64,000 bases of DNA, taken from Gemmatimonadota bacterium. GTDB lineage: Bacteria > Gemmatimonadota > Gemmatimonadetes > Gemmatimonadales > GWC2-71-9. A model generated the notes under the pieces. It did not search any database and was not told where the DNA came from. It was given only the letters and a program-made list of their open reading frames with translations. The stretch lies in NCBI GenBank assembly GCA_039591655.1, contig JBDHDE010000003.1, positions 1 through 64,000 of the forward strand, written 5' to 3'. Each line of letters begins with the position of its first letter. The first letter of the stretch is position 1. This document shows positions 1 through 8,836 of the stretch, piece after piece. Both the position numbers and the translations under genes were made by a program.

Positions 1-164
1 CCCTGGGACTGGAGACGCTCAATGGGCTCGAAGTCCACACTGTAGAGCACGAGCTCGGCCGAGTGCAGCCCGCCCAAACGGTCGCGCACTGCCTCGTTGA
101 TGAGGCGGTAGTAGGTCTGGGTGGACTCCCAGCTCATCCCGCCGAGCAGGCCGATGGTTCGCAT
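1..164 (-). CDS. Aspartate/glutamate racemase family protein (5' part; runs off the window)
   Basis: Manual translation MRTIGLLGGMSWESTQTYYRLINEAVRDRLGGLHSAELVLYSVDF is a typical YgeA/RacX N-terminus; not in the ORF track; alternative ATG at 170. Confidence 0.85.
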   Translation of the reverse strand, partial: MRTIGLLGGMSWESTQTYYRLINEAVRDRLGGLHSAELVLYSVDFEPIERLQSQ

Positions 165-304
165 GTTCATTCGCTGGTCATAACAACTGAATATCGCTCC
201 GGCCTCCAGGGCGGCACCAGCGCGCCGGCGCCGCACCATGACGTCGGCTTGACAACGGGGCCGCTTCGCGCGGATTTGGGGGACCACCCGCGGGGGTTGC
301 CAAT

Positions 305-1189
305 GTGAACGAGCGCCGCCTGAGGGATGTCGACTCCGCTGAGCAGGTCTACCGCCTCAAGAGCCTTCTGTGGGCGCTGGTCGTCGGCCTGTTCATGGGC
401 GTTCCGGCCGGGCTGGGGGCGGCGAAGCTCATGGGCGGCGACCTCATCGTCGGCGCGTTGCTGGGCTTCCCGATTGCCGTCGCTGCGGTGTACTTCGGCA
501 GCCAGGCCCTGGCGGAGCGGGCCGGCGCCGCAGCCCAGACGCTCTACAATCCATCAGCCAAATCCACACCCCGTCGGCAGGAGTACTCGTATGCCGCCTC
601 CCTTGTGGCCCGGGGGCGGTACGAGGAGGCCGCCGCAGCCTATGAGCTGCATTGCATCGAGCAGCCCGAGAATCCCGAGCCGTACTTCCAACTCGCCCGG
701 CTCTATAAGGATCACCTGAACGAGCCGCTGGAGGCCATCGCCTGGTACCGGCGGGCCCGTGCTGATGCCACCCTGAAGGGCGCGCAGGAGCTGGTGGCCA
801 TTCAAGAGATCATCGAGATCTACGCGAACAAGCTCCAGCAGCCGCGTAAGGTCATCCCCGAGCTGGCCCTACTGTGTGAGCGCTTCCCCGACACGCCGGC
901 TGCAAAGGAGGCACGGCGCTCCCTCGAAGAGATGCGCGGGATGCTGGCACAGGAGCATGAGGGCGGCGCGCGCTTCACCCAGCAGTTCCTCAAGAAGATC
1001 GACCGCAGCCGGCTCTCGACGGCGGCAGGGTACACACGGGAGGAGCTGGAGCGCCAGATGATCACCGATGCGCTGCGGGAGTGCGACGGCGACCGCCAGC
1101 GCGCAGCGAATCAGCTGGGGATACCACTGGAGAAGCTGGCGCAGGCCATGCGGGATCTGGGCTTGGATGCCGCGGGAGCCGCCGAGTGA
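305..1189 (+). CDS. Membrane-anchored TPR protein with C-terminal Fis-type HTH
   Basis: Two N-terminal hydrophobic helices, TPR-like helices (GRYEEAAAAY...YFQLARLY), C-terminal LERQMITDALRECDGDRQRAANQLGI resembling HTH_8. Confidence 0.65.
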   Translation: MNERRLRDVDSAEQVYRLKSLLWALVVGLFMGVPAGLGAAKLMGGDLIVGALLGFPIAVAAVYFGSQALAERAGAAAQTLYNPSAKSTPRRQEYSYAASLVARGRYEEAAAAYELHCIEQPENPEPYFQLARLYKDHLNEPLEAIAWYRRARADATLKGAQELVAIQEIIEIYANKLQQPRKVIPELALLCERFPDTPAAKEARRSLEEMRGMLAQEHEGGARFTQQFLKKIDRSRLSTAAGYTREELERQMITDALRECDGDRQRAANQLGIPLEKLAQAMRDLGLDAAGAAE

Positions 1190-1320
1190 AGGCGGGGTCG
1201 ATGGGAGCGGACTTCGGGATGCGGCTCTGAATCCTGGAAGCCGGGGGGCGCCGCCGAGCGGACCGTGTCGACCGCGCGGTCCACAGAGGCGCCTCCCGGC
1301 CTCGCGGGGCTGTCAAGTCG

Positions 1321-1779
1321 CTACGCCGCCTTGGGCAGATCGGCCGTGCAGTGGGGGCAGCGCGTCGCCTTGATCGGGATCTTCGTGAAACAGTACTGAC
1401 AGTCCTTCTTGTCCGGCGGCGGCGGGGCGGCCTCCTCCTTGCGCTTCAGTTGGTTGATGCCGCGCACCAGCAGGAACACCGCGAACGCGACGATCAGGAA
1501 GCTCACCACGGAATCCAGGAACACGCCGTAGTTGATGGTGACGGCGCCCGCCTCCTGTGCCGTGGCGAGGGTGGCGTACGGCCCGGCAGGCTCGCCGCCC
1601 GTGATCGTGATGAACAGGTTGGAGAAGTCGACGTTGCCGAGCAGCAATCCCAGCGGCGGCATGAGGACATCGGACACCAGCGACTTGACGATCGTGCCGA
1701 ATGCGCCGCCGATGATGATGCCGACGGCCATGTCGACCACGTTGCCTCGCATGGCGAATTCCCGGAATTCTTTCAGCAT
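1321..1779 (-). CDS. mscL: Large-conductance mechanosensitive channel with C-terminal Zn ribbon
   Basis: MLKEFREFAMRGNVVDMAVGIIIGGAFG; INYGVFL; C-terminal CQYC...CPHC. Confidence 0.95.
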   Translation of the reverse strand: MLKEFREFAMRGNVVDMAVGIIIGGAFGTIVKSLVSDVLMPPLGLLLGNVDFSNLFITITGGEPAGPYATLATAQEAGAVTINYGVFLDSVVSFLIVAFAVFLLVRGINQLKRKEEAAPPPPDKKDCQYCFTKIPIKATRCPHCTADLPKAA

Positions 1780-1887
1780 TGCATGGCTCCGCGAAGAGGC
1801 CTTATCGGATGTTGACCGGCGGAAGCGTATCCCCCGGTGTGCGCCGGCGCAACGTGTGTCTGCCTCGGGGGGGGTGAAGCGAGCGCC

Positions 1888-3228
1888 CTACGCCACGGGC
1901 TCCAGCCGCGCCGTGAAGTGCCGCAGCACCGGGGCCTCCGACGTGATCCGCAGACCCGTGATCGACTCCCGCTCGCGATAGAGTTTGGCGCACACCTCGG
2001 CGACGTGGTCCAGGTGACTCTTGGTGTACACCCGGCGCGGCACGGCCAGGCGCACCAGCTCGAGCTCGGGCCAGTGCCCGTCGGCGGCGAACATGAGCCC
2101 GCCGATCTCCACGCCGCGGATGCCGCCCTCCAGGTAGAGCGCACACGTGAGCGCCTGAGCGGGGAACTGCTCCTGCGGGATGTGTGGCAGGAAGCGCCGG
2201 GCGTCCAGATACACCGCATGTCCGCCCACCGGCAGCACGATGGGAACGCCGGCATCGCACAGGGCGCGGCCGAACGCCTGCACCTGTCCGATGCGGTGCG
2301 CCAGGTAACGCTCGTCGAGCACCTCCTCGAGCCCCTGGGCGATCGCCTCCAGATCGCGCCCGGCCAGTCCGCCGTAGGTCGGGAAGCCCTCGATCAGGAT
2401 GAGCATGTTGGTGATCTTGGTGGTGAGCTCATCGTCGTTGAGCGCCAACCAGCCCCCGATGTTCACCAGCGCGTCCTTCTTGGCCGACATCGTGCAGCCG
2501 TCGGCCAAGTCGAAGAACTCCCGCACGATCTGCCGGACGTCCTGGTCGAGCTTGCTGCGGATCTTGTTGAAGTAGGCGTTCTCGGCGAAGCGGCAGGCGT
2601 CGTAGATGAACGGGATGTCGTGCTTGCGGCACCACTGGGAGACGGCGCGGGCGTTCTCCAGGCTCACCGGCTGCCCGCCGCCGGAGTTGTTGGTGATGGT
2701 GAGCAGCACCAGCGGGATCCGCTCGCGTCCCACGTCGGCCAGCACCCGATCCAGCTTGGCAATGTCCATGTCGCCCTTGTAGGGCACGTCCTTCACGGGG
2801 TCGTAGGCGTCGTCGATCACGCAATTCACAGCGACGCCGCCGTTGTGCTCGATGTTCGCCTGGGTCGTGTCGAAGTGGATGTTGTTGGGGACGTGATCGC
2901 CCTGCTGCACCACGGTGGTGAAGAGCAGGTTCTCCGCCACCCGGCCCTGGTGGGTCGGGATCACGTGGCGGTAGCCCGTGATCCGCCGAATCGTCTCTTC
3001 GAACCGGAAGTAGTTGCGGCTCCCGGCGTACGCCTCGTCGCCGCACATCAGCGCCGCCCACTGGTGGTCCGACATCGCCGAGGTGCCCGAGTCGGTGAGC
3101 AGGTCGATGGTGATGAGCCGCGACGGGATGTTGAACACGTTGTAGCCCGACTCGCGGAGGGCGGCATCGCGCTCCGCGCGGGTCGTAAAGGGGATCGTCT
3201 CGACTGTCTTGATCTTGAAGGGTTCCAC
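1888..3228 (-). CDS. tnaA: Tryptophanase (beta-eliminating lyase)
   Basis: EPFKIK, DLLTDSGT, GDEAYAG, PLP motif MSAKKD and LRHFTARL (tryptophanase-type rather than TPL SGKKD/LRFF); GTG start at 3228 with GGAGG upstream. Confidence 0.85.
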   Translation of the reverse strand: MEPFKIKTVETIPFTTRAERDAALRESGYNVFNIPSRLITIDLLTDSGTSAMSDHQWAALMCGDEAYAGSRNYFRFEETIRRITGYRHVIPTHQGRVAENLLFTTVVQQGDHVPNNIHFDTTQANIEHNGGVAVNCVIDDAYDPVKDVPYKGDMDIAKLDRVLADVGRERIPLVLLTITNNSGGGQPVSLENARAVSQWCRKHDIPFIYDACRFAENAYFNKIRSKLDQDVRQIVREFFDLADGCTMSAKKDALVNIGGWLALNDDELTTKITNMLILIEGFPTYGGLAGRDLEAIAQGLEEVLDERYLAHRIGQVQAFGRALCDAGVPIVLPVGGHAVYLDARRFLPHIPQEQFPAQALTCALYLEGGIRGVEIGGLMFAADGHWPELELVRLAVPRRVYTKSHLDHVAEVCAKLYRERESITGLRITSEAPVLRHFTARLEPVA

Positions 3229-3360
3229 TGTGCCTCCGCCGCCGATGCCGGTAGGAAGATACGGCGGGGGCGAACGGGCGGGCAGACGGGGGGAGACCAA
3301 GGGGCGGAGGGCTGCAGCGGCGGGAGGGGGGCGCGGGGAGGCCCCGGGAACCCCTCGGGC

Positions 3361-3404
3361 TTGCAGAGTTCGGTCCCCCTAATAATATTATTCGTCAGTA
3401 CTAA
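3361..3404 (+). promoter_or_regulatory. Putative sigma70 promoter with AT palindrome and DtxR/MntR-like operator
   Basis: TTGCAG-N16-TAATAT; perfect palindrome AATAATATTATT at 3381-3392; TTCG-N6-CTAA at 3391-3404. Confidence 0.5.
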
Positions 3405-3412
3405 CAGAGGGG

Positions 3413-3757
3413 GTGTCGGTGATCGCCCAAAGGGCCGGTTTCCGGCCTCTTGGCGTGCGGCAGCGGTATGTCTGGCTGGTTGCCGCCATCGGAGTCGTGG
3501 TAGCAGCGCTGAACGCCGCCGCCCAGGAGCCGGCTCCCATCACGAGCGACCGGCCCGACGAGACGGAATCCGCGGTAGCCGTGGATCCGGGATACGTGCA
3601 GTTCGAGCTCGGGTCCGGTTACGTGGAGACCGACGACGGGCGGGTCACGCGGCATAAGGTGCCCGAGAGCGTAATCCGTGTGGCGGGTCCCGAGGTGACC
3701 GGGGGCTGCCCGCAGGCCGGGCACTCTGGAGACGAGAACGAGATTAGGCACGGCTAA
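3413..3757 (+). pseudogene. Truncated outer-membrane 'transporter' (MetA-pathway-of-phenol-degradation-like barrel), N-terminal fragment
   Basis: Signal peptide then ITSDRPDETES..V.PGYVQFELG motif; only 114 aa, and similarity is lost after about VIRV. Confidence 0.5.
3744..3757 (+). promoter_or_regulatory. DtxR/MntR-like inverted repeat TTAG-N6-CTAA
   Basis: TTAGGCACGGCTAA ends 5 nt before the start codon of the DtxR-family gene. Confidence 0.5.
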
Positions 3758-3762
3758 AAAGC

Positions 3763-4797
3763 ATGGTCGATCCAGCACTCGCGCTGTTCGTGTTCGCACT
3801 GGTCGCGCTCGCCCTGGCGGTAGTCTTCTGGCCCCGGCGCGGTGTGGTGGCGTGGCTGGTGCGGTTCGCCCGCCTCACCCAGCGGGCCCGCATCGAGGAC
3901 GCCCTCAAGCGGATGTACGATGCCGAGTACGCCGGGCGGCCGTGCACCGTGGAGAGCCTGGCCGGGATGCTCCACATGGGGCGGGCCCGGGTGATGGGGC
4001 TGGTAGCCCGGCTCGAGGCCGTGGGCCTGGTGCGCACGGTGGAGGATCGCCTCGCCCTCACCGACGTAGGGCGCGGCGAGGCGCTGCGGGTGCTGCGGAG
4101 CCACCGAATGTGGGAGCGCTACCTCGCCGACCGCACCGGCGTCCCGCCCATTGAGTGGCATGAGGAGGCGGAAGAGCGCGAGCACACGCTGAGCCCCGAG
4201 GCCGTGGAGCAGTTGGATTCGGCGATGGGCCACCCCCGCTACGATCCCCATGGCGACCCCATTCCCACCGCCGACGGCGAGCTCCCGCCCCACGCGGGCG
4301 TGGCTCTCTCGGCGCTCGTGCCCGGGCAGTCGGCCTCCGTGGTGCATTTGGAGGACGAGCCAGCGGAGGTCTACCAGCAGCTCGTCGAAATGGGGCTCGC
4401 CCCGGGGGCGCAGATCGAGTTGCTGGAGGCCACGCCGGGGCGCATCCGCTTCGCCGCTGACGGCGAGGAGCATGCCATCGAGCCGGTGGCGGCGATGAAC
4501 GTCACCGTGGTGTTGCCCCGCGAGGCGGCCGAGAGCCGGGGGCCGTTCGAGACGCTCAAGACGCTCGACCCCGGCGAGTCGGCCGCCGTGGTGGGCATCG
4601 CCCCTGCTTGCCAGGGTCCACAGCGCCGGCGGCTTCTGGACTTGGGGCTCGTTCCCGGCACCGTGGTCACGGCGGAGCTGCGGGGAGCGCTGCGCGATCC
4701 CGTGGCGTACCGGGTGCGCGGCGCGCTGATCGCCCTCAGGCGGGAGCAGGCCGACTGGGTGCGCGTGGACCGGCGGCTCGCGGCCGAGGTGCACTGA
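3763..4797 (+). CDS. DtxR/MntR-family metalloregulator with N-terminal TM helix and two FeoA domains
   Basis: [26 protein letters not shown]; FeoA motifs LVEMGLAPG and [13 protein letters not shown]...[19 protein letters not shown]. Confidence 0.88.
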   Translation: MVDPALALFVFALVALALAVVFWPRRGVVAWLVRFARLTQRARIEDALKRMYDAEYAGRPCTVESLAGMLHMGRARVMGLVARLEAVGLVRTVEDRLALTDVGRGEALRVLRSHRMWERYLADRTGVPPIEWHEEAEEREHTLSPEAVEQLDSAMGHPRYDPHGDPIPTADGELPPHAGVALSALVPGQSASVVHLEDEPAEVYQQLVEMGLAPGAQIELLEATPGRIRFAADGEEHAIEPVAAMNVTVVLPREAAESRGPFETLKTLDPGESAAVVGIAPACQGPQRRRLLDLGLVPGTVVTAELRGALRDPVAYRVRGALIALRREQADWVRVDRRLAAEVH

Positions 4798-4798
4798 G

Positions 4799-7063
4799 AT
4801 GACGGGTACCGCCGCCGCGCCGTGCGCCGGGTGCTCGGCCCACCGGGCCTCGAGGCTGGTGCAACTCGGCGTGCAGCTCGACCGCTGGGATTACCTCGTG
4901 GCCCTCGCCGGGAATCCCAACACCGGGAAGAGCACCGTCTTCAATGCCCTGACCGGGCTCAGGCAGCACACCGGCAACTGGCCCGGCAAGACCGTGGCCC
5001 GGGCCGAGGGCGGCTTCACCCTCGAGGACAAGCGGGTCAAGCTCATCGACCTGCCCGGCACGTACAGCCTCCAGGCCGGGAGCGCCGACGAGGAGGTGGC
5101 CCGGGACTTCGTGCTCTTCGGGCAACCCGACGTAACCGTGGTCGTCGTAGATGCCACGCGGCTCGAGCGCAACCTCAACCTGGTGCTCCAGATCTTGGAG
5201 ATCACCGATCGGGTCGTGGTCTGCCTCAACCTGATGGACGAGGCACGGCGCCACGGGATCGGGATCGACGTGATGCGCCTCGAGCAGCAGTTGGGCGTGC
5301 CCGTCGTGCCTACGGTGGCGCGCAGTGGAGATGGCATTGCGGAGCTTCTTGATGCGATCCACGGCGTGGCGAGCGGCGCGGTCGAGACGAGCCCGTACCG
5401 CATGGAGAGCCATCCTGCCGAGGTCGAAGCGGCGGTGCAGGCTCTGGTGCAGCCCATCGCGCAGGCCTACCCCGAGCTCCCCAACGCACGGTGGGTGGCG
5501 CTGCGGCTGTTGAACGCCGACGAGCGCGTGGAGACGGCGGTCCGCTCGGGCGACATCGGCGCCCTGGCGGAGGGAGTGTTCGAAGCGAGCGCGCTGCTCG
5601 AAGCGGATTCAGCCACAGGCGGCGAGGCGCAGGTGGCCACGGCCGTGGACGGCGCCGGGGACATTCTCGACACGGCATCCCGCCTGCGCTGGACGCTCTC
5701 TGCGAACTTCCATGACCGGCTCACCGAGAGCCTGTATGCCGAGGCGGAACGCATCGCCCAGGCTAGTCAGGTGCGGGGCCTCAAGCGCACCAAGTTCGAT
5801 CTCGACCGCACCCTGGACCGGCTGCTCACGAGTCGCTGGCTCGGCTTCCCGCTGATGCTGCTGGTGCTCGCGGTGGTCTTCTGGCTCACGATTGCGGGCG
5901 CCAACTACCCGTCCAGGTTTCTCGCATGGCTGCTGCTGGACACCGTGCACCCGGCACTCAAGGGCTTCTCGGCGGCGGTGGGGGTGCCGTGGTTGCTCGA
6001 CGGGATGTTGCTCGACGGCGTCTACCTCGCCACTGCGTGGGTAGTGAGCGTGATGCTCCCCCCGATGGCGATCTTCTTCCCACTGTTCACCCTGTTGGAG
6101 GACTTCGGGTATCTGCCGCGGGTGGCGTTCAACCTCGATAGCCTGTTCCGCAAGGCGGGGGCGCATGGCAAGCAGGCCCTTACCATGTGCATGGGCTTCG
6201 GCTGCAACGCGGCGGGTGTGGTCTCGACCCGCGTCATCGACAGTCCGCGGGAGCGACTGATCGCGATCATCACTAACAACTTCTCGCTGTGCAACGGGCG
6301 CTGGCCAACGCAGATCCTGATCGCGAGCATCTTCGTCGGGGCGTTGGCGCCGGCGCACCTGGCGGGGTTGGTATCCGCTTCGGCTGTGGTGGCCATCGCG
6401 CTCCTCGGAATCGGGGCGATGTTCCTCGCCTCGTGGCTGCTCTCGCGCACGGTACTCGCGGGCGAGGCCACCACCTTCAGCCTGGAGCTGCCGCCCTACC
6501 GGCCGCCGCGCATCCTCCAGACGCTGTACACGTCGGTCATCGACCGCACGCTCATCGTGCTGTGGCGCGCGGTGATCTTCGCGGTGCCGGCAGGGGCGGC
6601 GATCTGGCTCGTATCCAACATCAACGTCGGCGGCGTGAGCATCGCCGCGCACGCGATGGACTGGCTCGACCCCTTCGGGCTGCTGATAGGGTTGAACGGC
6701 GTGATCTTGCTGGCCTACGTCGTGGCGATCCCCGCCAACGAGATCGTGATTCCCACCGTGTTGATGCTCACGGTGCTGACGCTCGGCGCGACGGGCATGG
6801 GCGAGGGCGCCGGCGTGATGTTCGAGCTGGACTCCGCCGGCACCACCGGCCAACTGCTGCGTACGGGTGGCTGGACGCTACTAACGGCCGTCAACCTGAT
6901 GCTCTTCAGCCTGCTCCACAATCCGTGCTCCACCACGATCTATACGATCTACAGGGAGACGCGGAGCGCGAAGTGGACCACCGTGGCGACGCTGCTGCCC
7001 CTGCTCATGGGGTTCACGGTGTGCTTCCTGGTGGCGCAGGTGTGGCGGCTGGCGGGCGGGTAG
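4799..7063 (+). CDS. feoB: Ferrous iron transport protein B
   Basis: [24 protein letters not shown]-motifs; multi-TM domain with [20 protein letters not shown]. Confidence 0.95.
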   Translation: MTGTAAAPCAGCSAHRASRLVQLGVQLDRWDYLVALAGNPNTGKSTVFNALTGLRQHTGNWPGKTVARAEGGFTLEDKRVKLIDLPGTYSLQAGSADEEVARDFVLFGQPDVTVVVVDATRLERNLNLVLQILEITDRVVVCLNLMDEARRHGIGIDVMRLEQQLGVPVVPTVARSGDGIAELLDAIHGVASGAVETSPYRMESHPAEVEAAVQALVQPIAQAYPELPNARWVALRLLNADERVETAVRSGDIGALAEGVFEASALLEADSATGGEAQVATAVDGAGDILDTASRLRWTLSANFHDRLTESLYAEAERIAQASQVRGLKRTKFDLDRTLDRLLTSRWLGFPLMLLVLAVVFWLTIAGANYPSRFLAWLLLDTVHPALKGFSAAVGVPWLLDGMLLDGVYLATAWVVSVMLPPMAIFFPLFTLLEDFGYLPRVAFNLDSLFRKAGAHGKQALTMCMGFGCNAAGVVSTRVIDSPRERLIAIITNNFSLCNGRWPTQILIASIFVGALAPAHLAGLVSASAVVAIALLGIGAMFLASWLLSRTVLAGEATTFSLELPPYRPPRILQTLYTSVIDRTLIVLWRAVIFAVPAGAAIWLVSNINVGGVSIAAHAMDWLDPFGLLIGLNGVILLAYVVAIPANEIVIPTVLMLTVLTLGATGMGEGAGVMFELDSAGTTGQLLRTGGWTLLTAVNLMLFSLLHNPCSTTIYTIYRETRSAKWTTVATLLPLLMGFTVCFLVAQVWRLAGG

Positions 7064-7199
7064 GCACGGAACCGCCGTCCGGCTCGTCGGTATGAGGGGC
7101 GACGAGGCGGTGATGCGCTGGCACTTCATCGTCGCCGAGGCGCGCCTGCGGCAAGGGAGCTCGGCGCATTCCCAACGACACTAATCGAGAGGTTGGCAG

Positions 7200-7739
7200 A
7201 TGGTGAGAATCACGCTCGTAGCCGCCGCGGTGGCTGCGGTCGGGGCCAGCGCCGCGATCGCGCAGGAGTCACCGTACACCGGCTATCAGGGCCGGGCGAT
7301 CAAAGCCCTTTCGGCCGAGGAGGTCGAGGGCTACCTCGGGGGCGCCGGGATGGGGTTCGCCCTGGCGGCGGAGCTCAACGGGTATCCGGGTCCCAAGCAC
7401 GTGCTGGAGCTGGCGGACAGCCTGGGGCTGGATGCAGGGCAGCGCGAGGCGATGCAGGACATCAGAGACCGCATGCTCCGGCGGGCGAGGGAGCTGGGGG
7501 CGATGGTCGTGGAGTGGGAGCGCGCACTGGATTCCCTCTTCTCGGCCCGCGCTATCACTCCGGAGCGACTCGAGAAGCACACGGCCGAGATCGGCATCCT
7601 TGAGGCCGAGGTGCGCTACGTCCACTTGCTGGCGCACCTGGAGACGGTGGGTGTGTTGACGGACGAGCAGGTCGTGCGCTATGGACGGCTCCGGGGGTAC
7701 GGCGATCCCGCGCACGGTGACCACCGCCACGGGCACTGA
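7200..7739 (+). CDS. Exported helical protein, Spy/CpxP/heavy-metal-resistance-like, with His-rich tail
   Basis: Signal peptide; SPY.G...RAIKALS; GMGFALAAELNGYPGPKHVLEL; LTDEQ motif; HGDHRHGH end. Confidence 0.65.
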   Translation: MVRITLVAAAVAAVGASAAIAQESPYTGYQGRAIKALSAEEVEGYLGGAGMGFALAAELNGYPGPKHVLELADSLGLDAGQREAMQDIRDRMLRRARELGAMVVEWERALDSLFSARAITPERLEKHTAEIGILEAEVRYVHLLAHLETVGVLTDEQVVRYGRLRGYGDPAHGDHRHGH

Positions 7740-7783
7740 GGGACGGCAGACGGGGCGTCAGGCGTTCGCGCCCTGGCACCCCG

Positions 7784-8290
7784 TCACTGGGTGGACTTCG
7801 TAACGAGTGTCCTGACGGGATACGAGAGACAGGCGACGGCCGAGTTGATGCAGAAGTCGATGTCACCCGAGTAGTCGCCGGTGTGCGCGGCGTAGACATG
7901 GAGTGTCACCGCCAGCTCTCCACCTGTCGGGATCGCGATATCGAACGAGTAGCTCACCGAATTGTCCAACGGCAGGTGCATCGCGTCGCTGAATGCGGGA
8001 TCGGTGCGCTCGACGGCGACTCCCTCCAGGTAGGAGCCCGCGATGTCCAGGTCGACCAGGGTCTGGGGCTCGTCCGAGACGTTCTCGACGAGGGCGGCGA
8101 TCGTAAAGCGCTCACCTACGGTCACCTGGATGGGTGCATCGACGCTGACCTCGACCCCGGTGGGCTCCTTCATCCAGATGGCCAGGGCGATCAGCGCCAG
8201 CACGCCGACCAAGACGACGGCGCCGCAGCCGATGGCAAGCACCTTGGCGGGACCGGCAAAGGCCCTCGAGACGGTGGAGCTCTGGTTCAT
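7784..8290 (-). CDS. Hypothetical membrane-anchored protein with beta-sandwich-like domain
   Basis: One TM helix followed by a beta-rich domain; ATG at 8290 preferred. Confidence 0.6.
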   Translation of the reverse strand: MNQSSTVSRAFAGPAKVLAIGCGAVVLVGVLALIALAIWMKEPTGVEVSVDAPIQVTVGERFTIAALVENVSDEPQTLVDLDIAGSYLEGVAVERTDPAFSDAMHLPLDNSVSYSFDIAIPTGGELAVTLHVYAAHTGDYSGDIDFCINSAVACLSYPVRTLVTKSTQ

Positions 8291-8340
8291 GGCACGCTGG
8301 TCCCGTGTGGAGCTAGAGCCAATCTCGTTCCAACGGCGCC

Positions 8341-8374
8341 AAAACGCCAAACGGGCCGGCTTGGCCGGCCTGTT
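8341..8374 (-). terminator. Putative intrinsic terminator after the FmdB-family gene
   Basis: Minus-strand hairpin ACAGGCCGGC-CAA-GCCGGCCCGT followed by TTGGCGTTTT. Confidence 0.5.
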
Positions 8375-8433
8375 CCGCGTTAGTCGCTCTTGGCTGTTCA
8401 GGGCATTGGATGCGACTTCCCAGCGAGTGACTC

Positions 8434-8451
8434 CCGCCCAGACCTGGGCGG
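8434..8451 (-). promoter_or_regulatory. Putative SECIS element
   Basis: CCGCCCAG-GU-CUGGGCGG hairpin begins 11 nt after the UGA at 8463-8465; apical CAGGUCUG matches the E. coli fdhF SECIS. Confidence 0.75.
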
Positions 8452-8453
8452 CG

Positions 8454-8675
8454 CTACACCGCTCACCTGAAACCGCTGGGTCCGCAGGCTCCGCTGGCGG
8501 CCCCTCCGGCGCTGCGCGACCCGGTCAGCACGTTCACCGCGGCAAAGCTGCGAGTGGCGTTGTCCGAGCCGCATTCTGGGCAGCTGGGGGCTGCGCCCTC
8601 CGAATAGGCGGAAATGGACATGCGGATGTCGAATGAGTTGCCGCAGTCCCGGCAGACGTAGTCGTAGCGTGGCAC
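8454..8675 (-). CDS. FmdB-family zinc-ribbon protein, probable selenoprotein (C-terminus ...CGPSGFR-U-AV)
   Basis: MPRYDYVCRDCG...CPECGS; GTG start with GAGG; in-frame TGA then GCG GTG TAG, with SECIS-like hairpin. If UGA is a stop, the gene ends at 8463. Confidence 0.8.
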
Positions 8676-8709
8676 GGTGCCTCGGTGGAACGCAGTCGTG
8701 GCTAGCCAA

Positions 8710-8733
8710 TGAATATTACTATGGCAATATACA
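8710..8733. promoter_or_regulatory. AT-rich imperfect palindrome upstream of the FmdB-family gene (putative operator/promoter)
   Basis: TGAATATTACTATGGCAATATACA. Confidence 0.45.
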
Positions 8734-8836
8734 TATGTCGCCCGGAGCTGTCCAGGGGTCGGGCAGAGGCGTTGGGACCCTACGAGACGGCTAGGGACTC
8801 GAGCGGCGGAAGAATGCAGGCGGGGCTGCGGGTGGG

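Noticed and set aside
3229..3380. tnaC-like leader peptide
   Set aside because: No short Trp-containing ORF seen upstream of tnaA
1837..3657. Long antisense or alternate-frame ORFs (also 5609-6853, 14492-16027, 31903-33507)
   Set aside because: Shadow ORFs of real genes, expected in GC-rich DNA; no recognisable motifs
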